The position numbers and the translations under genes were made by a program. From Candidatus Parcubacteria bacterium (GTDB lineage Bacteria > Patescibacteriota > Minisyncoccia > Phycocordibacterales > UBA918), in the NCBI GenBank assembly GCA_039799085.1, contig JBDLTL010000002.1, positions 1 to 57,114 of the forward strand: DNA of 57,114 nucleotides, written 5' to 3'. Every line of letters begins with the position of its first letter. Position 1 is the stretch's first letter. Positions 17,541-26,022 of the stretch are shown piece by piece. The notes beneath the pieces were generated by a model, which saw only the letters and a list, made by a program, of their open reading frames with translations, did no database searches and was not told the origin of the DNA.

Positions 17541-19257
17541 GCAGGTAGTCTCCGATTGCCAAGTATTTCAAGTCGCTGTTAATAAAAGTTTTGACTGCGT
17601 CTAAGGGACTCTCTACAATAGGTTCCCCGTGTAAGTTAAAACTTGTATTCAATATTACGCTTTCGCCAGTGATTTCTTTGAAGTATTTTATTAAATTATA
17701 GTACTTACTATTATTTTCGTAACTAACCATTTGAGGTCTGCAGGTTTTATCGCTTGGGTGAATGGCGGCCTGCATAGATGATTGTTCGCTAAGTTTTGTA
17801 TGAAAACCAAGTGCCATATAAGGAGAAAAATAGCCTCTTTCATTATATAAGTATTTCACACTGTCTTCTAAAAGAATGCTGGGCGCAAAGGGCATCCAGA
17901 AATCTCTACATTTTATAGAGTCGTTAATTTTTTGCACAATTCCAAATATGGAAGGATTCGCTAATATCGACCTGTTTCCTAATCCTCGCGCACCCCACTC
18001 CATTCGGCCGTTAAATCGCGCGACAATCTCTCCGACTGATAACAATCTTGCAATTTCCTTTTCAATTTTTAAATTTTCGTCAAAAAAAGTAATCGATACT
18101 TTTTGATTTTGAATTGAACTTATACACTTAAAAATATCATTATTGTTGTATTCTGTTCCTAAGTATAAGTCATTAATCCTCCGCGGTGTAAAACCGTTTG
18201 TTGCATGAAAACCATAGTATGCTGCACCAATTGCTAGCGATTCATCCCCGCAGGATGGTGTAACCTGAAAATCTTCAAGATCTAGGGTCTCTAATAGTCT
18301 CTGGTTCATTTTAATGTTCATGAAGACGCCGCCACTTACAGATATTTTTTTACAATCGTATGTATTTATAGTTTCTGATAGTAATTCGAGAACAGTTTCT
18401 TCTGTAAAATTTTGAATAGCCAGTGCCAATTCATCAAATCTATAATTCAAAAAATTCTGCACTAGCATATCCAAGTGTGCGAATTTCATATCGAAATTAC
18501 TACTCAATGAAAGGGTTTTTCTATTGACTCTAAGAATTTTACGGAAATACTCGAGAGGTTCTCTGTCAGAGCCCTGTCTGGCGTATGGAGCCATTCCCAT
18601 TACCTTAAATTCATGTTCGTTTTCTCGCATGGCTAGCAATTGCGTTACCTTTGAATATAAAATTCCAAGCGATGATTTTTTGTCTGTTGTGGCCAGCCTA
18701 ACTAGCTTGTTATTCTGAAATGATGATATTGATCCTGATTCACCATCGCCCTCTCCATCGAGTGTGATAATAAATCTGCCATCTCTATCATCAGTAAAAG
18801 CTAACGCCGTCCATGCATGTGAGTCGTGATGATTGAGGTTAATGATGGGTGTGCCTGGAAAAAGCTCGCCCAAAATTAGCGATATCTTTCTGTGCAAAAT
18901 GAAACCTCGAAAGTATTTATAGAACCCCCTTACTTCATCGTATAATTCAGTCAGTCCGATCTTGTAAAATAGAACAGAAGCAAAATACTTTTGCTTTCTG
19001 CGTTTTCTCAGATTTATATTTTTGTCTATACTAAACAGTGCAGTTTTATACTTACCATTAGCAGATACGGTTACTACTTTATCAAAGTTACTGATTTTGT
19101 ATTTTTCTTTAATATAGTTTACTGACAAGTAGGGAATGCCACGATGCCCTTTTTGTCTAGAAAACCTTTCTTCGTTTATTGCTTCTATTAATAAATCATC
19201 ACATAGAAGAGCTACACCTGCATCGTGACCAACATTAACACCTAAAATATATTTCAT
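17500..19257 (-). CDS. Carbamoyltransferase (NodU/CmcH family)
   Basis: N-terminus ILGVNVGHDAGVALL..EAINEERFSRQKGHRGIP, and a C-terminal LNTSFNLHGEPIVESPLDA motif typical of the family. Confidence 0.85.
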   Translation of the reverse strand: MKYILGVNVGHDAGVALLCDDLLIEAINEERFSRQKGHRGIPYLSVNYIKEKYKISNFDKVVTVSANGKYKTALFSIDKNINLRKRRKQKYFASVLFYKIGLTELYDEVRGFYKYFRGFILHRKISLILGELFPGTPIINLNHHDSHAWTALAFTDDRDGRFIITLDGEGDGESGSISSFQNNKLVRLATTDKKSSLGILYSKVTQLLAMRENEHEFKVMGMAPYARQGSDREPLEYFRKILRVNRKTLSLSSNFDMKFAHLDMLVQNFLNYRFDELALAIQNFTEETVLELLSETINTYDCKKISVSGGVFMNIKMNQRLLETLDLEDFQVTPSCGDESLAIGAAYYGFHATNGFTPRRINDLYLGTEYNNNDIFKCISSIQNQKVSITFFDENLKIEKEIARLLSVGEIVARFNGRMEWGARGLGNRSILANPSIFGIVQKINDSIKCRDFWMPFAPSILLEDSVKYLYNERGYFSPYMALGFHTKLSEQSSMQAAIHPSDKTCRPQMVSYENNSKYYNLIKYFKEITGESVILNTSFNLHGEPIVESPLDAVKTFINSDLKYLAIGDYLLTKVDQVLSGEYQ

Positions 19258-19539
19258 GATATTGAAGAGAATAGACCAATATATTGTAATGTATTAAAAA
19301 GCAGAAGTTGTGTATTTGTGTAGATAATCTAAAACAAATAAGTGACGGATACTAAAATACCTCTGGAATATTGGGTGTTTGCTCGTTCATATGTAAGGGC
19401 GATGGTATCACGAAATAGGGGATTTAAAAAACGTCCGGGCCGCTCTATTTCTCTTGCGTTGTGTGAGCAAAGGAGTACAATTTTGTAAACGTTGAGCCTG
19501 CTGTGCCCCGGTAGCCACCCTTATAAAAATCGTAACAAA

Positions 19540-20151
19540 ATGCTTATGTCAGAGATAATTCTTTATCCGACAGAGACGGTGTATGCGCTTGGGGTCAATC
19601 CCTTCGATCGCACCGCATGGCACGACCTCTGTGAACTCAAAGGTCGTCATGGTGATCAGACGGCAAGTTGGCTCCTGCCATCGATTGAAGATATTAGTTC
19701 TTATGCTGAGGTGACTCCCAAAGCAAAGGAGCTTATAGAGCGCTACATGCCGGGACCGTTTACTATTGTGCTCAAAGCCAATAGCTACATTCCGCGCTCC
19801 ATGCAAGCACTTGATGGAACGGTGAGTTTTAGGGTGTCATCAGACCCCGTTGCCAAGCAACTCATTGAAGAGTACATGGCAGTTCATAATGTACCGCTCA
19901 CCTGTACTAGCGCCAATCTTCACGGTCAGCCGACAATGGGCACGCCACAAGATATTGCTCGGCAATTTGGTGATAAGGTGCAAATGATTACCAAGATTAT
20001 CGACGACGGTCCTAGAATGGGTCGCCCATCAACTATTGTGCGATGTGTCGACAATCAGGTGTCAGTACTTCGTCAGGGAAGTGTGAAGATTAATATAGAA
20101 GAGGCAGAATCAGTGGTTAGATCAAGCTATCTAGTCAGGGTGGAGTTGTAG
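19540..20151 (+). CDS. tsaC: L-threonylcarbamoyladenylate synthase (TsaC/YrdC/Sua5 family)
   Basis: YPTETVYALGVNPFD, KGRHGDQ and LTCTSANLHGQP motifs. The track start TTG 19492 was replaced by ATG 19540. Confidence 0.85.
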   Translation: MLMSEIILYPTETVYALGVNPFDRTAWHDLCELKGRHGDQTASWLLPSIEDISSYAEVTPKAKELIERYMPGPFTIVLKANSYIPRSMQALDGTVSFRVSSDPVAKQLIEEYMAVHNVPLTCTSANLHGQPTMGTPQDIARQFGDKVQMITKIIDDGPRMGRPSTIVRCVDNQVSVLRQGSVKINIEEAESVVRSSYLVRVEL

Positions 20152-20176
20152 CGACTTCGGTCGAGAGGGTTTGTAT

Positions 20177-21352
20177 TTACGCGAGTGATTTATTGCCATC
20201 TGCTCTTATAACATCACTCCCTCTTGGTGCAAAAGCATTTCTAGCACGAGCATGGCCTGCAAGTGCAATCATGATGCTGTTGTCGGTTGAGAGTTTTGGT
20301 TGCGGGAAGTAGACAGTCATGTCGGGGTGTTCGGAGAGGAATTTTGCTTCGAACATTCGCTTGAGGTGTTGATTGGCGCTCACTCCACCACCGACAATGA
20401 GAGTCTTGGCGTTGTGTGCTTCGACCGCCAAAAGTGACTTCTTTAGAAGGACAGCCGTAACTGCGTCTTCAAAGTCGCGTGCAATCGCGCAGACATCTGT
20501 TTCGGTGAGTTCCTTATTTTGCACTGCATAGCGCACAGCTGTCTTCAGTCCAGAAAAAGAAAAGTCCAAGTCACCAGAATTGAGCATCGGGGTCGGGAAG
20601 TCAGCAAATTTCGGAAGTTTTTCTTTGCGTGCCTTTTCAGCTCGTTTGGCGATTTCAGGTCCACCTGGGTATTGCAGGCCAATGAGACGAGCGACTTTGT
20701 CGTACGCTTCACCAACAGCATCATCTCTCGTCTGACCAATCTTTTCGTACTGACCCCAGTCTTTCATGAGTATGAGTTCGGTGTGTCCTCCAGAAATGAG
20801 AAGCGAGATGGTCGGGAAAGAGATATCAGAGAGCATGTCATCGCGTTCGATATCAAACACGCTTGAGAGAACATGGCCTTCCATATGATTGACTGGAACA
20901 ATCGGTACGTTCCAGAGAAGAGCAAGGGCGCGAGCGAAGTTCACTCCAACCCAGAGTGCTGGCTCAAGTCCAGGGCCGCTCGTAACCGCAATGAGGTCAA
21001 TCGCGTACGCACCGTGTTCACGGTGAAAGGTGAGGAGTTCGTCAGCGAGTTCGCGTTCGCGTGAGAGTACGGTACGGATTTCTTCCTCCTGCTGTATCGT
21101 GAGGCCGGGAGTGTAGTCATGGGGCTCTAGGCCGGATTCTTCGACAGCTTTCTCAAGCATCGGGACGATAGTCACGACATGTTCGCGTTTCGCGAGCATG
21201 GGGAAGACGCCACCGTACTCGCGGTGAATGTCAATTTGTGACCAGAGTGCATTACCGTGAATCTCGTACGTAGCATGTGGGAATTCCCCCGTCGCTTCTA
21301 CAAGACTGATAGCGGTCTCGTCGCAGGATGTTTCAATACTCAGAATAAGCAT
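20177..21352 (-). CDS. tsaD: tRNA N6-adenosine threonylcarbamoyltransferase TsaD
   Basis: MLILSIETSCDETAISLV, VNHMEGH, SGGHTEL and VGGGVSAN motifs. ATG 21352 is preferred over 21388. Confidence 0.9.
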   Translation of the reverse strand: MLILSIETSCDETAISLVEATGEFPHATYEIHGNALWSQIDIHREYGGVFPMLAKREHVVTIVPMLEKAVEESGLEPHDYTPGLTIQQEEEIRTVLSRERELADELLTFHREHGAYAIDLIAVTSGPGLEPALWVGVNFARALALLWNVPIVPVNHMEGHVLSSVFDIERDDMLSDISFPTISLLISGGHTELILMKDWGQYEKIGQTRDDAVGEAYDKVARLIGLQYPGGPEIAKRAEKARKEKLPKFADFPTPMLNSGDLDFSFSGLKTAVRYAVQNKELTETDVCAIARDFEDAVTAVLLKKSLLAVEAHNAKTLIVGGGVSANQHLKRMFEAKFLSEHPDMTVYFPQPKLSTDNSIMIALAGHARARNAFAPRGSDVIRADGNKSLA

Positions 21353-21411
21353 GATGGTTACTATATCCAAGATGTTGTCACTTGGCAAAAGTGTGGTATT
21401 TTCATTTTATT

Positions 21412-22281
21412 ATGTATACGGTAGTTACACACGATGGACGTTTTCATGCAGACGATATCTTTGGAGTGGCGGTAGTGCAGCTGCGCTTTGGTGCCGAGAA
21501 TATTCATCTTATTCGGACACGAGAGCAGGCTCATATTGATGAGGCTGATATTGTGCTCGATGTTGGTGGTATCTATGACTCATCTCGGATGCGTTTTGAT
21601 CATCATCAAAATGGCGCACCAGTCCGCGAGAATGGTCTCCCGTACGCTGCGTTTGGTTTGCTTTGGAAGGAGTTTGGACCTGCTATTACCGGAAGTGAAG
21701 TAATCGCAGAGAAAATTGAAAAGAAACTAGCGCAGCCAATCGATGCTGGCGACAACGGCATTATTTTGTACAACACGACTGAGCACGACATTGCGCCTGC
21801 AGAAGTCTATGATTTGGTGGAATCATTTATGCCACCGCTTGGCTCGCATGGTGATGCTAACGAAGCATTTATGAAAGCGGTAGAGGTGGCGCGTGCGTAT
21901 CTCGAGCGTGTCATTGAGCGAGCTAAAATAAAAGAAGCGCTCCGAGAGAAGGCTCGTGCTGGGTATGATTCAGCTGAAGATAAAACAGTCATCGTTTTTG
22001 ATGTTCCGATGAAGCGAGATTTGCTCATGGAGTTTCCCGAGGTAAAAATAATCGTGACGCCAGACGAGGAGGGGAGTAAATGGTCGGCACTTGCAGTGCC
22101 GACCGAAGACGGTACCTTTGAGACGCGAGTGTTATTTCCGTCAGATTGGGCTGGACTTCGTGATGAAGAGCTTGCAGAGGTGAGTGGAGTTCCTGATGCT
22201 ATCTTTTGTCACAAGAATCTTTTCTTGTTTGTAGCAAGGAGTAAGGAGGGGGCGGTGGAGGCGGCGAAGAAGGCTGTGTAA
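21412..22281 (+). CDS. MYG1/UPF0160 family metal-dependent hydrolase
   Basis: VTHDGRFHADDIFG, DVGGIYD and FDHHQ motifs. ATG 21412 is preferred over TTG 21382. Confidence 0.8.
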   Translation: MYTVVTHDGRFHADDIFGVAVVQLRFGAENIHLIRTREQAHIDEADIVLDVGGIYDSSRMRFDHHQNGAPVRENGLPYAAFGLLWKEFGPAITGSEVIAEKIEKKLAQPIDAGDNGIILYNTTEHDIAPAEVYDLVESFMPPLGSHGDANEAFMKAVEVARAYLERVIERAKIKEALREKARAGYDSAEDKTVIVFDVPMKRDLLMEFPEVKIIVTPDEEGSKWSALAVPTEDGTFETRVLFPSDWAGLRDEELAEVSGVPDAIFCHKNLFLFVARSKEGAVEAAKKAV

Positions 22282-22500
22282 TTTTGTGGTCACGAATCAC
22301 TAAGTATATTTGTTTACACACAAGGGGTACTTCTTGTTTTCTAATTCGCAAGCTCATAAGAAAACAATGTCGCGTACGTTCCAAATCTACTAAGTGTTCT
22401 CGACCCCGTCTCGCAGTTCGTTGCGGCGGGCTAAAGCCGCAACTCACATTGCTCCGACTCGCACCAAGGTCCGAAAGTGGCGCAGGCCACTTTCTAAAGA

Positions 22501-22535
22501 AAAACTCCAGTTCTTAAGAACTGGAGTTTTTCTTT
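22501..22535. terminator. Bidirectional terminator
   Basis: actccagttc / gaactggagt 10-bp stem with loop ttaa, an A-run before it and a T-run after it. It serves tRNA-Val on the minus strand and plus-strand transcripts from the MYG1 side. Confidence 0.85.
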
Positions 22536-22539
22536 ACCT

Positions 22540-22614
22540 TGGTGCGCGATGGAAGGATTGAACTTCCGGCCTCTTCAATGTCAATGAAGCGCTCTACCAC
22601 TGAGCTAATCGCGC
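22540..22614 (-). tRNA. tRNA-Val (anticodon GAC), CCA encoded
   Basis: Manual cloverleaf: GCGCGAT TA GCTC AGTGGTA GAGC G CTTCA TTGACAT TGAAG AGGCC GGAAG TTCAATC CTTCC ATCGCGC A CCA. Confidence 0.95.
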
Positions 22615-22702
22615 GTATGTATACACGCCAGCTTCGATGGATATGGTGAAGGGTGTGGGACACCGTTCACCGCTACCACTCGGCTATCCGCGCAGTTGCA
22701 CC

Positions 22703-22730
22703 AGTATACTGAATATTGTCTCGGTTGCAA
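22703..22730 (-). promoter_or_regulatory. Sigma70-like promoter reading toward tRNA-Val
   Basis: On the minus strand, TTGCAA (22730-22725), a 16-nt spacer, then TATACT (22708-22703). It lies about 90 nt upstream of the tRNA 5-prime end. Confidence 0.6.
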
Positions 22731-23642
22731 TTATTCATCTCCATCATTGATTGCAAACATTCCTAGTCCCTTCACTAGGGCATCGTCTGCTCTGCGGTTT
22801 TTTGTGTATTCTGATTGCTGTAATCGAACTTCTGAATCTAGTCTCTCAACTAGGTCATGAATGAAATCGGCAGCACGTTGTATTGGTTTTGTTGCGGCAG
22901 GGTTCTTTTGTTCTGCATATCGTAAGAATACATCAAGTTGGTGTTGTATTTCGAGTAGTGTGATGTGTCGTGAAATGTGCGTATGTAATGATTGTGGATC
23001 TTTTGTTCCTGTCATGTCTTTTAGCATAGGCAAGTCAACGGCAATCACCGCCCTTACCAGGTTGTTTAATTCACCGCGCGTGCCCGTGTTTGGGGAGTCG
23101 AAGTATTTGACACGAGCTAAGCGATTTTTGTCGCCATCGTAATTGTCTATCTCATCTTTAATTCGTTTGAATTTTTTCTCCACGTTGTGTGAAAACGTTA
23201 TGTCCACACCAAGACCGAGTTGTCCAAAGTTTTTACCTTCTTGAATTTCCAAAACAACATCAACGCCGTTTGCAATATCATCGAATTCAGAAGTTTTGTA
23301 GGCACCGACTCCCTCAAACCACTGGCCGACATTAATGCCGCGGATCACTTCATACTCGACTCGTTCGGAAAGTTCTTTGACATCTCTTTCTGTTAGACCT
23401 TCAATAACTTCGTGTCTTGAAGTTTGATCGAAGAGTCTGTTCATATTTTCTACATAGCGCAAATCATTCTCGACACCTGCCTCTGTGTATAGATCTTCGA
23501 ATTTTTGAGGATCAAACGCAATCTCATCCAAGCGCTCACGGACCTTTTCGGCATTTTTAAGGAGTGTGGCCGCGACCTCTTTTATTTCCTCTGGTCGAGT
23601 GCGTCGATCTAAATTTCGAATGGCTTGGTTTTCTGGACTCAT
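22731..23642 (-). CDS. Hypothetical protein (303 aa, soluble)
   Basis: Long ORF with coding-like composition. No family recognised. Confidence 0.6.
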   Translation of the reverse strand: MSPENQAIRNLDRRTRPEEIKEVAATLLKNAEKVRERLDEIAFDPQKFEDLYTEAGVENDLRYVENMNRLFDQTSRHEVIEGLTERDVKELSERVEYEVIRGINVGQWFEGVGAYKTSEFDDIANGVDVVLEIQEGKNFGQLGLGVDITFSHNVEKKFKRIKDEIDNYDGDKNRLARVKYFDSPNTGTRGELNNLVRAVIAVDLPMLKDMTGTKDPQSLHTHISRHITLLEIQHQLDVFLRYAEQKNPAATKPIQRAADFIHDLVERLDSEVRLQQSEYTKNRRADDALVKGLGMFAINDGDE

Positions 23643-23748
23643 ATTCTTAAGGATAATTACAGTTTATGCATAATACCATGATGCTCTAAGTATGGATTGG
23701 TCTCCAGGTAAGGTAATATAAGGAGATTTTCTACGTCATATTTAAAAT

Positions 23749-25527
23749 ATGCCCCAAAAACAAGATAAAATGCCACATATTCCTAATACGCCACTGAAGT
23801 ATCTGTGGTTTTTAACCCGTCCGTACAGATTCAAGGTTTTCCTTACGTTTCTTGTCGTCACAGCGGCGCAGTTACTAGGAACAAGTATTCCACTTCTTTT
23901 TAAAAAGATAATTGATACGGCTGGCAAGGTTGATGCGGGAACACTGACTCAGGCTGATGTGTGGTTTTGGGTGTTGGCGTATCCGGCAGCTATTGCTGTG
24001 ATGTTTGGGCTCTGGAGAACAAGTGGCTTTCTTGGTATGCGGTGGATGTCAGGAGCTGTTGCGGACTCATACCAGACACTTTTTGCCTATTTGGGAAGAC
24101 ATAGTCACACGTACTTTTCTGATCGCTTTGCTGGTTCGCTTTCTAGTAAGGTAACTCATGCGAGTGAAGGTGCCGAGTCTCTCTATGAAGCTTTTGTCTG
24201 GAATTGGTATCCGGGAGTTTTGGCGCTCGTGATTACGTTCGTATACATTACGCATGCAAGCCTCATCGCAGGAGGTATATTCTTCCTGCTCCTGTGTGTG
24301 CTCATTCCAGGGAATATTCTTTTGGCAAAATATCGACGGCCGCACGTGGTTGCGTTTGTTGCTCAGGCAACAAAGACTCGGGGGCGCTTGGTTGATACCA
24401 TAACCAACATTGGTGCTGTGAGACAGTACGCTTTATACGATTTTGAAAATAAGGCATTTGGAGAGGAGGCAAATATACGTCGTCGTCTCGATCTCAAGCA
24501 GTGGATGATTAGTGAATGGGGTCTTCTCCTTAACAACATTTTGATTGTACTGTTTGAAGTGTTGCTCATTATTGTAATCGTCACCAAATGGACACACGGT
24601 ACTCTAAGTACAGGTTCATTGGTTATGCTTATTACGCTCCTTGTCAATGTGAACGGAACGCTCGTATTTATTGGAAGTAGCATCAACGGTTTTATTCGTC
24701 GGTATGCCGATGTTGAAGAAGGCTTGTCTGATATTTTGCTTCCGTATGAAGTTTCTGATGTGGAAAATGCGACAGCGCTCGTGACAGATAGGGCTGGCAT
24801 TGAATGGAAAAATGTTGGGTTTGAATTTGGGGACAATAAAGTTTTCAAGGACTTTAACCTCACCATAAAACCAGGAGAGCGAGTGGGGCTTGTCGGGCAC
24901 TCTGGGGCGGGGAAGACGACATTTGTGTCGCTACTCTTGCGTCAGCATGATGTGACGAATGGCTCAATAGAAATCGACGGACAAAATATCTCACAAGTGA
25001 CACAGGATTCACTCAGGCAGGCAATTGCGGTTGTGCCACAAGAGCCGCTCCTGTTCCATCGCACAATTCGAGAAAATATTGCCTACGGAAAGTCAGATGC
25101 AACCGATGAAGAGATTGTTGCGGTGGCTAAGAAGGCGCAAGCGCATGATTTTATTGTGGCACTCCCAGAAGGATATGAGACGCTTGTGGGTGAACGAGGT
25201 ATTAAGCTCTCTGGTGGTCAGAAGCAACGCGTCGCAATTGCACGCGCAATGCTTAAAGATGCGCCAATTCTTGTGCTTGATGAAGCAACGTCTGCACTTG
25301 ATAGTGAAAGTGAAGTGGCGATTCAGGAGGCGCTTCATAAGCTCATGGAAGGAAAGACAGTGGTCGCGATTGCGCATCGTCTCTCAACGCTTCGCGAGAT
25401 GGATAGAATTATTGTGCTTGAAAACGGACAAATTATTGAGGATGGAACACACGAGAAGCTTGCGCAAGCCGGAGGCGTGTATCAACGACTCTGGGAGCAT
25501 CAGGCGGGAGGTTTTTTGGTGGAGTAG
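23749..25527 (+). CDS. ABC transporter, fused permease/ATP-binding exporter (MsbA/ABCB-like)
   Basis: Six-TM N-terminal domain, Walker A GHSGAGKTT, signature LSGGQKQR, Walker B ILVLDEATSALD. Confidence 0.9.
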   Translation: MPQKQDKMPHIPNTPLKYLWFLTRPYRFKVFLTFLVVTAAQLLGTSIPLLFKKIIDTAGKVDAGTLTQADVWFWVLAYPAAIAVMFGLWRTSGFLGMRWMSGAVADSYQTLFAYLGRHSHTYFSDRFAGSLSSKVTHASEGAESLYEAFVWNWYPGVLALVITFVYITHASLIAGGIFFLLLCVLIPGNILLAKYRRPHVVAFVAQATKTRGRLVDTITNIGAVRQYALYDFENKAFGEEANIRRRLDLKQWMISEWGLLLNNILIVLFEVLLIIVIVTKWTHGTLSTGSLVMLITLLVNVNGTLVFIGSSINGFIRRYADVEEGLSDILLPYEVSDVENATALVTDRAGIEWKNVGFEFGDNKVFKDFNLTIKPGERVGLVGHSGAGKTTFVSLLLRQHDVTNGSIEIDGQNISQVTQDSLRQAIAVVPQEPLLFHRTIRENIAYGKSDATDEEIVAVAKKAQAHDFIVALPEGYETLVGERGIKLSGGQKQRVAIARAMLKDAPILVLDEATSALDSESEVAIQEALHKLMEGKTVVAIAHRLSTLREMDRIIVLENGQIIEDGTHEKLAQAGGVYQRLWEHQAGGFLVE

Positions 25528-25542
25528 TGGAGAAGAGTGCAT

Positions 25543-25598
25543 GTGCGGCGCCGAAGGCGCCGCACGAGAAAAGGTCACGAGCTTGCTCGTGACCTTTT
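25543..25598. terminator. Two tandem hairpins between convergent genes
   Basis: gtgcggcgcc-gaa-ggcgccgcac, then aaggtcacgag-cttg-ctcgtgacctt followed by a T-run. Confidence 0.75.
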
Positions 25599-25599
25599 C

Positions 25600-25923
25600 T
25601 TATTTTTTCTTCTTTTCTGAGACCACCTGCGCAGACATTGCTGAAAGTGTTTCTCCGACGAACTTCGCAAATTGGTCAGTGGTTTGCGGCGGATTATCCT
25701 CGATGTATTCAACTAGCTTAGCTACCAATTCTTTGGGGGGAATCTGCACTCCCTCATCAGTTACAAATTTATTTTTGAAGAGAACCGCCAATTGGTCGTT
25801 GTCTAGCATGAGAGGGTAGTTTCTTGCTTCCTCAAGTGCTGCAACAATGAGTTCGTCCATAGAAACTTCAACTAGCTTCTTCGGCATGAATGGTAGTCGT
25901 AATTTTTTTAGTTTTTGGAACAT
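25600..25923 (-). CDS. Hypothetical protein (107 aa)
   Basis: ORF with a lysine tail. No family recognised. Confidence 0.5.
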   Translation of the reverse strand: MFQKLKKLRLPFMPKKLVEVSMDELIVAALEEARNYPLMLDNDQLAVLFKNKFVTDEGVQIPPKELVAKLVEYIEDNPPQTTDQFAKFVGETLSAMSAQVVSEKKKK

Positions 25924-26022
25924 ACGAAGTAACAGCTATGGAAACATCTTGAAATCAGTTTACAATAACCAATATGGCATCAAGATAGTTATCAGTAATT
26001 GTAGCAGGTAATGTAAGTATAT

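Larger units (their letters stand above)
14663..19491. other. AT-rich three-gene accessory islet between valS and tsaC
   Basis: An abrupt, visible drop in G+C (about one third G+C by eye against mid-40s in the flanks) begins just past the valS start and ends before tsaC. No integrase, tRNA or flanking repeats were seen. Confidence 0.6.

Noticed and set aside
22466-22494. SRP-RNA-like string AAGGTCCGAAAGTGGCGCAGG
   Set aside because: The GAAAGTGGC...GCCACTTTC part forms its own perfect hairpin with a GCAG loop. The SRP helix-8 GNRA tetraloop and AGCA asymmetric loop context is absent.
22199-22517. Track ORFs 22284..22517 (+) and 22199..22447 (-) in the MYG1/tRNA-Val gap
   Set aside because: The first is extremely Arg/Lys/Cys-rich and the second contains a PPPPPPP run. 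Both span perfect hairpins, so they are more likely non-coding.
22655-22700. tRNA-like D-arm string (GATAGCCGAGTGGTAGCGG on the minus strand) upstream of tRNA-Val
   Set aside because: No anticodon arm, T-arm or acceptor pairing could be built. The sequence folds instead into a symmetric hairpin within the tRNA-Val leader.
25924-26022. Possible glmS ribozyme upstream of glmS
   Set aside because: The gap is only ~100 nt, whereas the ribozyme needs ~170 nt. No conserved core sequence was recognised.
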